Shown here: positions 24,373 to 37,219 of the stretch, one piece after another | Numbering within the stretch: the first letter of the stretch is position 1 | Layout of the letters: each line of letters opens with the position of its first letter | DNA from: Raja brachyura | Lineage: Eukaryota | Assembly: GCA_963514005.1 (NCBI GenBank) | Contig: OY740810.1 | Coordinates: 21,638,001 to 21,702,000 of the forward strand | DNA length: 64,000 nt | Direction: 5' to 3' | Translations under genes and position numbers: made by a program | Notes under the pieces: model-generated | Told to the model about the DNA's origin: nothing | What the model saw: the letters and a program-made list of their open reading frames with translations, nothing else | Databases searched by the model: none

Positions 24373-25129
24373 TAAGTATATGTATTAGTCGGCTACTTTG
24401 CTTATTACTTAAAGGGACACTCAGCTGACATGGGCTGACCTGTCATGTCAGGCTGCTCAGATACCTACAGAAGACCACATTGAACATTACCGAGTGTAGT
24501 GACCATTTGGCTTATTTTGTGTGTCGTTAATTATGGCATTTGTCTTTAAATTTTAGGCTGCCCGTAATTATGTGGGTGGGATTTATTACGTAGTCAGGGG
24601 CATGTTTGCTGCTGGGTTTCTTGTGCAGAAGCCTAGTTTTAGTTTATTTTTAGAGCTACATGGTGAAGGAACACCCTTCGACCGTGTAATGTTTTGCTGA
24701 GACACGAGGAGTTTTCGAACATTTAAAAGCGATATGCTGGAGTTTGACGAAGATTAAAGTGTACGAGTCAGAGAAGAAGGTCGGATAAATATCTTATTGT
24801 TTATCTTCAACAATAAAGAAACTATTCATCAAAAGACTGTATTATGAAGATTTATCTTACATGAAGCTCCGAAAATCTCACGGAGAGCTCGCATGCGTAT
24901 TACGACATTATCCTAAAGCCATGTTGACTCTTAAGTGGCTCGAAGAACGATATAAAAATCTGCCGCTACACCGAGCTCTTAACATGCGTATTTCATGGGT
25001 GCCTCAGTGGTACCACCTGCTGGCCATGTTCCATGAGCAACCTCTCTTGTTGAGGCATGCCACATCTGGACACTTACCTTTACTTAAAGAGGGGTATGAT
25101 TTGCCCTATGAGGGTGAATTTTGACAGTG

Positions 25130-25800
25130 CTGGTGTTCTTAGATCCATACATAACTACAAAATATACATTGCTGGTTTACATCATACCAATCACTTTGAT
25201 GTCACAGCTGAGGAAGCTCACCAAAGACTACTTCCTGATGAGACCGAGAAAATTTAGCACATGTCCAACATGACTCTTACCAACCTCTACAGATGCACCA
25301 CAGGAAGCATACTATCGAGTTGCATCACAGCCTGGTTTGGGAACAGCTCTGCCCAAGACCACAAGAAATTGCAGAGAGTTGTAGATATAGCCCAGTCCAT
25401 CACATAGACTAACTTCCCACCATTGACTCTGTCTACACTTTATGCTGCCTATGAAAAGCAGCCTACATAATCAAAGACGTCCCACCCCAATCATTCCTCC
25501 GTCTTCCTGCTCCCATCCAGCAGAAGGTACATACATTTAAAAGCACACACTACCAGGCGCGGGAACAGCTTCTTTCCCTCAGTTATCAGGATCCTGAATG
25601 GTCCTTGCATAATATAGGATATCGTTCAATTCCCCTCTACCCCATTGAGGACATTGGACTTTGTCTAAGAAACTGATGCGCTACAATGCTGAGAACTATA
25701 TTCTACAATCTATATCTTCCCCGATCTGTTGTACTTGAGTTTGAACTGTTTGTACCTTTATCTGTTTTCTTCTGGTCTCTTTGGGTAGTATGCAAAGCAA
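25130..25800 (+). mobile_element. Rex1/Babar-like LINE 3' fragment
   Basis: Decayed AHQRLYFL..L.KF...LTNLYRCTT.SILSSCITAWFGNS and its 3' UTR; paralogous to 51220-52200. Confidence 0.8.
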
Positions 25801-26405
25801 ATATGAAAAAAATAAACCTAAGTCTAATAAAAGTTTGCCTGAATTTTATGACCTTAATGGCTTTCCCATCCCAATCCTTTACATATGGGTTTCAATATCA
25901 TTGCTTTATGGAAAAAGAGAAAACATAATAGCAGGAGATGGGCCATTCAGACCATTGAACCTTCCCCCCCAACCAACAGATAGTGGCTGATCTGTTTGTT
26001 TAATATCAGCTCCTTGCTCTATTTCTATAGCCCTTGCCCTTTTATTGCCCAGGAATTTGTCGATCTGTTTTGAATGCAATAACTGACTGCAGCTCCTCAG
26101 TTCCCTGGCATTGAGATTTCAAAAGATTTGCCATGGTCTGATTTCAAATATTTCTTCTCATCTTAAACCTAAATGGCCTGTCCCTTAAGACTACTTTAAC
26201 AAGGGAAAATTCTCCATGCATCTATCATACTGAGGCATTGCGGAATTTTGTAGGTCTCAACGAGAAACTTGGCATTCTTAGAAACCTGGGGGGAAGAAAA
26301 TACAGTTAAATTATTGCAAATGGCTTGTTCCATGATTCACATTTCCATCTCTTCATAAAGTAACCATTTCTATTAAACTTTGATGAGGGTAGCACACTTG
26401 ATTCT

Positions 26406-26706
26406 TTAGACTTTAGAGATGCAGCGTGGAAACAGGCCCTTCAGCCCACCGAGTCCGGGCCGACTAGCAATCACCCGCTACACTAAACCTACACACACTG
26501 AAGACAATTTTACCAGTGATTAAGCCAATTAACCTACAAACCTGTATGTCTTTGGAGTGTGGGAGGAAACCGGAGCGACTGGAGAAAACCCATGTGGTCA
26601 CAGGGGGAATGGACAAACTCCATACAGGCAGCGCTCGAGGTCAGGATGGAGCTTGGGTCACTGGTGCCGACTGGAGGCAACAACTCTACTGCCGTGCCAC
26701 TGTGCT
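26406..26706 (-). mobile_element. HE1-like V-SINE
   Basis: Family motifs on the minus strand. Confidence 0.85.
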
Positions 26707-29700
26707 GCTCTAAGATTTGGTTCTTGATGCAAACTTTTGGATTCAAAAGTCAGGGAGATTGCATTGTGTGTGAGAGTGAGAGTATCATAATTGTGTCTAT
26801 AATCTCATACAACTCTTGATAACTTGCTGTACCAGATGCTGATGTTTATCTGAGAGATACTGCCTTGAGTAAAAGAGTATTTAATTTACAGCATGACCTC
26901 TGTCTCATTGTCTGTGTTTGGATAGACATCAACTCATAGTCACCATAGCTGATGATACAGCCTTTGTAATTATGGAGAAAGAGCATCAAGTGATATAAAA
27001 GAGAGGAAACATCATGGAGGTTAACATCTTAAGGCCCAGATTTCATCCCAGACCAGTATGGGGGGACATAGCAAAGGCTCTGGACTTTGTCTGCCCACCT
27101 CTATGGCAGTAGGTGTGATACTGGAAGACTGAAAGGCAGCTAACGTTGCTGAAAATGGGAACAAGGGTTTGATGGAGTAATTACAGACATAAATCACCAT
27201 TTGAAAAGGTATGGGTTAATCAAGGACATTCAGCGAGGATTTGTTAAGGTAAAATGGTGCTCGACTGATGATTTAATGTTTCGAGCAGGTAACAAGAAGT
27301 AATGATGCAGGTGGAATGATTGATTTAATCTGCATGTATATTATCAAGGTCTTGCATTTGAGAGTTCAGAAAAGGAAGAGCTCATCGCACTCCAAGGGAA
27401 TGAACAAGTTGGATGTGAAACTGGCTCTGTGCCTGGGGGAAATTATTGATGTTTGGTTGTGACAGGGAGCCTGCACAAAACGGAGCTCTTCAGTACTCCA
27501 TGTTAGATACCATATTATGCACAGTATATACCAAAGATTTCGATCTCAGGGTGTTAAGAGGTTCGTAAACGACACAAAAGTTAGCAACATGGATGAGAAG
27601 ACTACTGGAGATCGGTTGTGACCCAAAGTCTGCTCATTGTGTGCTCTCAGAAACCTTAAGCTAATTGGGTGAGATTAGTGAGGCAATTGCATCATATGCT
27701 TCATCCCACAGTGCCAGTGTGTAGGAGGACGAATATTACTTATGTCCGGATTAAATCAATGCCCAAAATGATACCACCGACCTCCTTATGCCTATCACCC
27801 TTTGAGTAAACAAGTTGCCCCACAGGTTCCTATTAAATCTTTCCCCTCACCTTAAACATTATTTTCTTTGAAAAGAAACACACTCAAATAAATTCACCCC
27901 AGATGAATATTCCCATCCTCGAATGTCACGTGTTCATGGATGTTGTTCGACTCGCTGAGTACCTCCAGCAGATTACATGTTGCTTCAGATTTCAGCATTA
28001 ATATTTGCTTGTAACTCCACCACAGTTTCGTGTCCTTCCTGCTCTCCTAGAATTGTCACCCTTCCCCCAAATAAACAATTAATTGCAAATTGAAACATTG
28101 CTATTTCAATATAGCTTCAAGAACAAAAAAATTTAAACAATGAAATTCATTGCCTTATCGCATGTGAATTTGGGAACTGGAGCCACGACTTGGACATCAT
28201 CAGCAAGATTCATCAGCAAAAGCAGTATCCTATGGTGTGTTTCGATCGACAGAACTCAGTCTCTAACGTTAAAGAGACAGGCCATTCTAAACACAGGTAC
28301 TTGTTGGAGACCAATGATCATGGATTGCACAATATAAACTTCGTGTGGCTATATATCTTGGAGCTGAATAATGGAGCTTCCAGGGACGAAGATCAATAAA
28401 TTATGATCAGGAGAGAGTACAAAATACGAAGGAATAAAAGTGACAAATTGAATGGAGGTGCAGATCAGAGATGATCCAATTGATTCATGGAGCAGTTTAA
28501 ATGGACTGCTTCTGTTCCTACAATCATAAATAACTCATCAAGAGCAACAGCATGACTAATTTCCTGGCAATATATACAATATCAAAATCATACATTCTCA
28601 TAAATTGTTTTTGTTGATATTGAATGCATCTGCGCTTCACAATGTGACACTGACTCTAATCCTGACTCAGCAAGCTGGCTGGCACTGGATAGATCAAGGG
28701 ACTAAACTAAAATGAGGTATGCAATTGAATGAATAGGAATCAGGCTAAATGCACTTAAGTAGATTATGCGCGGAGATGCATTCAATCAAGTTATTTTTTT
28801 GGTATGATACAAACTTGGACCAGGTTAGTCTGAGCAAGTGACAGTGTGCAATCCAAAAATCCTTTTCTGTTTGGAGTAAGAATTCACTGCAGGAAAATAA
28901 TTAGTTAAATCCGTTCACGGGGTGAGTGTTTTGCATCCCTTGCTTCCCCAACCAGGGGTTGGTGAAAGTGGACATAATGATCAGAGTTCATCGAATGTTA
29001 AACAGACTCCCCCGCCAGAGAAGAGACTGGCAAATCATTTACTTACTTCGGTGGTGCCATATTTTAAAACAGACTCGCGTAGTGCTCTTGACCTTCCTAT
29101 GTGGATAAATTAAGCCGCAGTTTTTCATTGAGGAGCGACCGTGATTTCCCACAGCAATAACTTGCAGCACTTCAGGGATGTGACAGGCAACCCTTCAGCC
29201 TGCACGGGGTGAGAGGTTGCATTGCAGGATCTTAAGTCCTCCCAGTGACTGGCAGGTGGGCCGCAAAGGTCTCCAGAAATGATAGGCAGCGTCTTTGGCG
29301 TACGTGCCCGGTGAGGCTGGCTGCTGATCACATGGCTGATCATGTTCCTCCCTTCCTGCAGTTAACGCAAGTGGGGCACATTTTGCTCGAGGCGCTTCAG
29401 CAAGGTGATGCCACATTATTATTAGATGGGCATTTGCACACTGTGCTGATGCACACATCCAAAAGGAGGGTGGTTGGTAATTGGTGACTGCCACTTGAAG
29501 ACTTGCAGCACATTTCACCCAGTCATAAAAATTGCAACAGAGAGGAAGTAATACGTTTCATCAAAGGTATATTCAGGTGGCTGCTGTTCTTCTCGAGACA
29601 TCCAGTGTGATTTCACCTTGTACTTGTCGCTGGCACTGTCTTCAAATATTTATCTACCCCATTTTATTTGCAGTGATTGCTCTCCCTCGATCGACATGTA

Positions 29701-29769
29701 TGGCAGGCCAATTCAAGTCCTCAGCAACCTTTATCGGATTAAAGTGCCACACTACACTGTCTTCATTGC

Positions 29770-30295
29770 AGAGAACAGAGGAATATTAATGGATTAGCTA
29801 TCAAAATGGTATCGATGTAGGAAAATGTGGCGTTCATTTTGGATGGAAGAACAAAAAACAGAATGTTAATTAAATGGGAAAAGATCTGGACTGGAGTGGG
29901 GGGGGTCATAAGATCATAAGGAATATGAGCAGCATTAGGCCATTTGGCCCATCAAGTCTACTCCGTCATTCAATCATGGCTGATCTATCTCTCCCGCCTA
30001 ACCCCATTCTCCTGCCTTCTCCCCATAACCCCTGGCACCCCTGGGGGGGGAGGGTGTGGGGGGGGGGGGGTGGGGGTGGTGGGAGGATGGAGAGGTGGTT
30101 GTGCTCTCCAGTTCAATGAAACAGAGAAACACAAGTGCAACAGATAATAGGGAAGATTGATAAGGGACATTGGTCCTTATTTCAAAGATCCTGGAATCTA
30201 AATGCAAGATTTTACTGCCACTGTACAACACGTTGGTGAGAACACAACTAGAGCACTGAACAATTTTGCTTCCCCTATTGAAGAAAATACTATAT
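29770..30295 (+). mobile_element. Old CR1-like fragment, left part (target of DIRS copy 2)
   Basis: CTGTACAACACGTTGGTGAGAACACAACTAGAGCACTG aligns with the CR1 at 38113-38150 and continues after 35486. Confidence 0.65.
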
Positions 30296-30819
30296 AATAG
30301 TAAGATTAAATGACTCCTTCAAACTGGTAAGGAGTCCTTCAAACTCCTTACCAGATTGAAGTTTGATCTTTATTTTATGAGGAGTTACGATGAGGGACGA
30401 AGTGAAGAATCCCGTCCAGCCGCACGTGCGTCAATCTTGCGGTGTGAAATCACAGGTAATAGTGACTGAAGTATAATAGTAAGATAACAGAAGACCAAAA
30501 CTACCAGCTGATATTTATGAGGGTTGGGAGCGGAGGGCACGTAGTCCCTCATCGTAACTCCTCATAAAGTAAAGATCAAACTTCAAACTGGTAAGTTTTC
30601 ATTTAATCTTACTATTTTACTTCGGAGTCACGTGAGTGACTACGTGAAGATTTCAAAGCTCTGTGACTTCATGCCGCAGATTCAAATCCAGCCTCTCACT
30701 GCATTGATTGACTCAACATAATTAAATCATGAATAATGCATCAATCATAACATTGTTCAAATGAATTAACGGTTTATTACCAAGAAAAACAATAGCAACC
30801 CCTCTATCTCACGGGGAAA

Positions 30820-31795
30820 CTATATAACCGAACTTAAAACAGACTCAGCAAATACCCCCAGCCTTGCAATTGGCTTATGGTAAAATCTCTGGAAGGTCAG
30901 CTCACTAGACCATCCTGCAGCCGTGAGGATATGGTCTATAGGCACGTCCATCACCCTGGCTGCGGAAGTTGATGCCACCCTGGTGGAATGAGATTTAAAT
31001 TTATCAGTATCAATCCCAGCGCTTCCCAGAACCTGCTTTAGCCACCTTGAAATTGTTTGCACCGACACCTTACCGTGTGGTTTTTTGTGGCTAATAAATA
31101 ATGCTGATTCTGTTCCTCTTAGGACTCTGGTAGCCTCAATGTAATGGGACAAATATGACACTACACACAGACGAGCATCTTTGGGTTTGCTGAAAAAAAC
31201 AATCTTACATACTGTCATGCCTATTCTACTCTGTTTGAGCAGACCATAAACATAAAAATTGATGGCATCTGCCGATACCTGCATTCTGTCTAGCCGTAGC
31301 TTCTGCAATGTCTACACACGTTGGGCTGATACTAATGCCATAAGCATGACCACCTTCATGGTTAGTTTGGCTAGAAATAGGACTGTAACAGGAGTCCACT
31401 GGCGAAGGAGCATAAGAACTTTGCTTACATTCCAGATACCCGAATACCTGGGTCTAGGAAGATTAGAATTAAAAACTCCCTTCATAAATCTAGAGACTAA
31501 CGGATGTGTCTCTATTGAATGTAACTCTGACACCATGGGCAAATAAGGACAGAGCACTTCTGGCTGTATTAATCGCACAATAGCTTAATTTTTGATCAAA
31601 ATAAAGAGTGGACAAGAACTCCAGCATGTCTGGGATGCTTGCAGTTTGATATGAGATATTCTGCTGTAAGCAGAATACCTCCCACTTTCTTATCAAGGTG
31701 ATGTACTGTTTCTGGGAACTATCCCTGCAGGCCGACGTGATAACATCCACGGTGCAATCAGACAATCCTCTCCCCAGGTATGGCCTTCTTAGAAT
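30820..31795 (-). pseudogene. DIRS tyrosine recombinase, frameshifted
   Basis: SAQRV, LLKQSR, TISRWLKQVL, HSTR, AAGW, FQRFY. Confidence 0.92.
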
Positions 31796-33225
31796 CTGCA
31801 AATTAACAAATCAATACGATCATGTAAAGGATGTTGATCGCCAGTTACCGGGTTCACCAGTAGGTTTTTATGTTTGGGAACGATCATGTGAGGCTGAGTA
31901 GCCATCTGCAATATGAGAGGGAACCATGGCTGGGTCGGCCAATCTGGCACTACCAATACTCCTGAGGCGGAGTCCTGCTTGATTTTTTGCAGGTATCAAC
32001 TGATGAAACAGAATGGGGGAAATGCATATAAAAACATTCCACCCCAATGCAGCGAGAAAGCATCGACCGCTGCTGCGCCAGGGTCTGGTTCCCATGAAAC
32101 ATATTTGGGCATCTGATGGTTCAGTCTAGATGCAAACAAATCAATATCTGGCATTCCATATCGAGCAACCATCTGATTAAATATGTCCTGATTTAACATC
32201 CATTCTACGTTATCATTGAATTGGCGTGACCTTGTGTCTGCCACTGTGTTGAATCTACCTGGTAAATAGATTGCTGAAAGCCAGATGTTTTTGTCAATGC
32301 ACCAGCCCCAGATATGATTCGCCAGTCTGTCACAAGATTCCGACTTGACTCCACCCATGTGATTAACATATGCCACTGCTGTAGTGTTGTCAATTTGAAC
32401 CTGCACATGCAAGTGACTCCTGGCAGAGCAATAAGCTTTAAACCCATAAAAGGTTCCCAAAAGCTCTAAATAATTTATCCCTCTCAATTGCAGAAGGGAT
32501 GTCTCATCACTATTCCATCTGCCTCCACAACTGGAGGACATATCCATAGCACCCCAACCTAGAGCACTAAAATCTGTCTGTAAGACTATCGAAGGTGGTT
32601 CAACTAAAACTTCCCTGGAACTTTTTGAGACATTTGTGATCCACCATTGTATTTCTGAAATAGCTTCCGCTGACAATTCCATGGGCCTGTCAAATTGACC
32701 TGCATGTGTCCTCAGTGCCTGTTATTTTGTTCGTTGTAAGTGTTGATAATGCAGAGGTCCAAACTGCACAGCTGGGAAAGCAGCCACCAATTTTCCAATT
32801 AAACTGGACACTTGCCTAAATTAAAGGTGTTGCTCACTAAGGAGGTTGATACAACCTTCAATTAATGCAGCCTTTCATGCCTGGGCAGAGTCACTAGCAT
32901 GTGATCTGAATTAATGGTAAAGCCCAAGTAATCAATTATTTTAACTGGTGATAATTTGCATTTATCTGGATGAACCCTAATTGCTCAAAAGTGAGTTTAA
33001 CAACTGAAACAGATGATTCAGCTGCATTCCGAGTATTCCCGATTATTAAGATATCATCCAAGTAGGCCATTACAACATGCCCCTGAGCTCGGAGTAGTCC
33101 TAGAACAGGTTTCAACAATTTGGTAAGATATCTAGGGGCTGAGGTTAATCCATTAGGCAAAGCTTTGAATTGCCATAGCTGACTCATCCAGGTAAACTTC
33201 AAATACCTCCTATCATCACAATGAA

Positions 33226-33279
33226 GGGGTGGAAGGTTGAAACCTTCACGTGGTTTGCCCTGTTTCGACTAATGCAATC
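33226..33279 (+). ncRNA. Candidate minimal HDV-like self-cleaving ribozyme
   Basis: P1 GGGGTGG/TTGCCCT, P2 GGTTGAA/TGCAATC (one mismatch), P3 ACC/GGT, L3 TTCACGT, J1/4 GT, TTCG in place of P4, J4/2 ACTAA. It starts exactly at the 5' end of the insertion. Confidence 0.75.
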
Positions 33280-33364
33280 AACTCGATGTGCACAAACTGA
33301 AGATCAAATAGAACAAGTTGTCCAACAACTTTAGGCTGTGCACGCCAGATGAAAGAAGAAGAAG
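33226..33364 (+). mobile_element. 139-bp non-autonomous non-LTR retroelement (Ingi/Vingi- or RTE-type derivative)
   Basis: Perfect 11-bp TSD ATCACAATGAA (33215-33225 and 33365-33375), a GGGG start and an (AAG)n tail. It interrupts the DIRS RT frame. Confidence 0.85.
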
Positions 33365-33839
33365 ATCACAATGAACAGACACTGAGCAATATGCATCTTT
33401 CAGATCTATGACGGCCATGTAACACCCTTTGGAAACCAGCTGTTTAGCAGTAGCAAAGGTTTCCATTTTGAAATGCCTATTGCAAAGGGGTTCAAGCTCG
33501 TCAGGTCCAGAATGATTCTACATCCCCCAGTCTTTTTAGACCCAGGAAAAATATTTGACACAAACTGACGGAATTGACGAACTGACTTCTCAATGGCCCC
33601 TTTTTTGTGTAAATTGTTAAGTTCTGCCTGTATCTGCATATTCTCTTCTTGTGAAAATAAAAGTGTTCAACGTGGAACATGCTGAATGGGTGGACACACA
33701 GTGGGGTAAAATTCAATTCTAACCCCCTCTATACTGCCCAGTATAAATTAATCTGATGTTATCTCCTGCCATTGTTTGAGAAACAAGTGTAATCTGCCCC
33801 CAATTTGAACATCTTTCTCACTTAATTTGTATTCCTTAG

Positions 33840-35281
33840 GAGCAGAATCTCTCACCTGCACATGTCCTGCCTGTGTTTGTTGCCCCCGGCCCCTTGTAGG
33901 GAAATTTGTCCTTCCCCTTGTGTCAGTGTCAGGCTGCCAGCTGCGTGTGTGTGACACTGAATGGCTTGTCCCTTCACCAGCATCTGTCATAGTACCCCGC
34001 CGATAGGGGAAAACCCTCTTGCCTGTTTTGCCACTTGTTTTAATGAGGCATAAGGTTTTTGCCTCCTCGTGCAGTTCCTTGACTCGCTTTGCGAGGTTCT
34101 CCCCAAACAAAAGGTTAGGCGGTTATGCGCTGATTGGATTGCATAGTGCTGCAAATTTTGGATGGATGGCTGGGTGTATAGCATATTTCATAAGGAGGGA
34201 AGAAGACAGAGACTCTAAGACTTTTGCCTTCCACCACAGTGAGGAGGTATTTGGTGAACTCACTGTGGTGGATGTTAATTTTGTGTTTATTGTGTGGTAT
34301 TGTTATTTTTATATATGTATGACTGCAGGCACAAAATCTTGTTCAGACCGAAAGGTCTGAATGACAATAAAGGCTATTCTATTCTATTCTATTCTATTCT
34401 ATTCTATTCTATTCTATTCTTCTCCTTCGTAAACTATTCATTTCGAAAAATGCACTGCACAGGACCCCCAGCGCATCCTGATGGGCTTCTGTCATGTGCC
34501 CCTTGTCCACTGTTGTTGCGAACACAGTGAGTCCTACTGAGAGCAACTTGAGCACTTTCTGGAATTTTAACTCCTGCGCCCTTGCTGTGACCCCCAATTG
34601 TGTCGATATAAGATGGTTAACCATTGGTACTTTTAATAACCCACAATTAACTGCGGCTTCATATTTCTTGGCAGCCTCATCCATTGCCAGCTCTTGAAGT
34701 TGATGGGAGAGCATATACTGAATAGCAGCTGCCAACTCTTCCCCTAATGGTTCCCCTGCTTCTCTGGGGATTGCAAATTTTTCAGCTATGTTCGGTATTA
34801 GCTCTTGTTGCTCTACATCCTTATGGCTCTGACCAGCCACTGACTCGGCATCAGTATACTCCTGTGCCGGTATACCCTCCTCCTCCAAGAATGGGTAATC
34901 ATTCAGCCCTATTCCAGGCGCTGCTGGCACAGGCTCTCCAACAGCCTGGCGTGGACACCACTCCTCCTCCTGGAGTGTGTCCCTATCGAGCATCCTTTGC
35001 AATAGGACCTCGATCCGGGAGTGCCGTGAACAAACGGTCTCTCCTTCCGGGGGTGAAACCTCCAGGCCCGACTCTGAATCAATGGGCCTAGTAGATTTTG
35101 TTGTAGCCTTGCACCCTACCGATGCGGCAATGCTGCTTACAGGCAGCGGATCTGGTGTCACTAGCCCCCTTGCTAGTGACGGACTTGGTGAACTAGGCGG
35201 GCATCCGCTACCCGCACTCTTGCGGTCCTCCAAACTTCTTATCCCGGATCACCTCGCCGTCACCTTTTTTACTTTCTGCAT
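33840..35281 (-). pseudogene. DIRS ORF1 (gag-like), interrupted
   Basis: FAIPREAGEPLGEELAAAIQYMLSHQLQE...VNCGLLKVPMVN and LFGENLAKRVKELHEEAK are homologous to copies 1 and 3. Confidence 0.82.
34194..34425 (+). mobile_element. 3' fragment of a non-coding retroposon family (same as 59803-60690) with a (CTATT)n tail
   Basis: Near identity to 60500-60678; hairpin TTCAGACC-GAAA-GGTCTGAA; GACAATAAA; approximate TSD TTC(A/G)TAA. Confidence 0.85.
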
Positions 35282-35486
35282 CTTGTCAACGGTGTAAATG
35301 CTACCGCAAACGCAGAAAGCGACCACAGGAAAAGTTTTAAAAACTTACCTTGGGTTTTAAACTTACCGCTTGGAGGAGCTCTGCTGCTCCAACCGGCCGA
35401 CCTGCACCAATGCGTCTGACATAATGACGCACGTGCGGCTGGACGGGGTTCTTCACGTAGTCACTCACGTGACTCCGAAGTAAAAT

Positions 35487-35760
35487 TTGAGGTGGCTCAG
35501 AGAAAGCGAACAGATGTCAGAGATTATGCGGAGAAGGCAAGCGAATGGGGTTAGGAGAGAGAGATTGAATGGCGGAATAGACTCGATGGGCCAAATGGCC
35601 TAATTCTACTCCTATTCCTTATGACCTTATGATCCCTGGTATGAGAAAAGGTTACACAGGCTGGCATTCATTACACTTCAGATGAACGAGGTGGATCTCA
35701 ATGAATCATGTAAGATTCTTAGGAAAATAGATAATGTAAATGCTGAAATGATGTTTTCTT
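35487..35760 (+). mobile_element. Old CR1-like fragment, right part, with a short younger CR1 tail inserted (~35516-35630)
   Basis: TTGAGGTGGCTCAGAGAAAG...GGTGGATCTCAATGAATCATGTAAGATTCTTAGG continues the CR1 broken at 30295. Confidence 0.6.
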
Positions 35761-35802
35761 TCATGAAACATCATGAAACGGATGGCACATTGGTGTAATG
35801 AG

Positions 35803-36103
35803 GAGTCACGGAGGAGCAGCAGTAGAGTTGAGGCCTTACAGCATTAGAGAACAGTGTTTGATCCCGATTATGTGTGCTGCATGTACGGAGTTTGTGCGTT
35901 CTTCCTGAGACTGTGTGGGTTTTCTCTGGGCCATTCGGGTTTCTTCCCACATTCCAAAGATCTGCAGGTTTGTAGGTTAATTTGGCTTCTGTAAATTGCC
36001 CTTGGTGTTTGGGATGCAAAACTGGGGTAACAGAACCTGTGATTGTTGGTCAGCGCAGACTCGGTGGGCCAAAGGGCCTGTTTCCATGCTGCCTCTCGAA
36101 ACT
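35803..36103 (+). mobile_element. HE1-like V-SINE
   Basis: Family motifs. Confidence 0.8.
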
Positions 36104-36531
36104 AACCCACGCCGGCGATCTATGTCGGGTCGGAGCTTGTCAAACGTTGTGCCGTTTTGGAGCTCCCGACTCGGTCTCTCCAGAGACTGCAAGCTCCTTG
36201 ATGTTAAAATCTGCAGGCCGCAGTTGGACCGTTGATCCCAGGCAAGGAATCGGCTCCGATGGTAAGCCCACGTCCCTCGGTGAGGCTCGAAGTCGGTCCT
36301 GACCAAGGCCTCCAGCTCTGCAGAGCGACCGGACACACCACCCAGAAAACAATTGCACCTCCGGCAGGTTAAGAGATTGAAAAAAAGGTTTCCCCCTCCC
36401 CCCCCCGCCCATCCCCCACATAAAACAAATCAGAGAACATTAACACAAACCTTTTAAACACACTACAAAAAAACAAAAAAAAGATGAAAAGGTAAGACAG
36501 ACTGTAGGCGAGGCTGCCATCGAACCACCAC
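36104..36531 (-). mobile_element. 5' part of the non-coding retroposon family with a GC-rich core (related to 52210 and 59803)
   Basis: Minus strand reads CAGTCTGTC, T-rich tract, G run, GAAAC...TCTCTT..CCT..CGGAG, the same architecture as the other members. Confidence 0.55.
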
Positions 36532-36668
36532 CTGGTGGTAATGTTGTTGCATTTTCCCCCACACCCTTCTATGTGGGTGCAATCCACCTCCCAATAAATG
36601 CAAGATGGACACAAAATGCTGGAGTAACTCAGCGGGACAGGCAGCGTCTCTGGATAGAAGGAATGTGT

Positions 36669-36696
36669 GACGTTTCGGGTCAAGACCCTTCTTCAG
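36669..36696 (-). ncRNA. Minimal hammerhead ribozyme core within a Penelope terminal repeat (36603-36698)
   Basis: Minus strand CTGAAGA-A-GGGTC tt GACCC-GAAA-CG-TC. Confidence 0.6.
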
Positions 36697-37219
36697 ACCT
36701 CAGACCCAAAAAATGCATTTTGAACAACACTGAAAATCTACCACTGCAACACAGCAAACTGATTTTGATTTTGACTCAATGAAGTGTGTTGGGACCTTTT
36801 ACGAGATTTAAGGCACTTTTGTGCATACGTAAGCTGCTGTTAAGATTGTGGCAGTGAGATTATTAGATGGTAGAAACCAATTTAGGTCAAAACATTTACT
36901 TTATTGATAAACACTGAAAGATATAATTTGCTTTGTGCATTGGAGTTAGCACAAGGGCCAAGTGCATGCATGGCCTAGCAATTCAATGTGTTACCAAGCA
37001 CAACAGTTACAATCACCTTTATTTGAATGTTACTCCAGAGAGTTGAGTAGAAAACCCCAGGCTTGTGATCCTGTGCAGGATTGAGTGCACACTGCATTAT
37101 TGGATAATTTAAGATAGGGCTCATGTACAGAAGTGGCTGTGTTACTGCACTGACGGCTAATCTCATTTAGTACTGCTGTATGTTTGTTGATTGAGTGATA
37201 CAAAATGGAAACATGACTT

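Larger units (their letters stand above)
31789..33810 (-). pseudogene. DIRS RT, RNase H and adenine methyltransferase-like ORF, disrupted
   Basis: IGGRLHLFLKQW, CRIILDL, IDLKDAY, YLDD, LQTDFSALGWG, DNTTAVAYVN, PDIDLFASRLN, YAFPPF. Confidence 0.92.
30296..35486 (-). mobile_element. DIRS-type retrotransposon, copy 2 (full length, decayed, two nested insertions)
   Basis: ITRs at 30402-30433 and 35425-35456 (31/32 match), ICR at 30538-30650, AAT at both junctions, and the same ORF order on the minus strand. Confidence 0.95.

Noticed and set aside
24370-24861. Possible second LTR (TGTTAAG...CTTACA with AATAAA at 24812)
   Set aside because: No matching TSD and no convincing primer-binding site; not supportable by eye.
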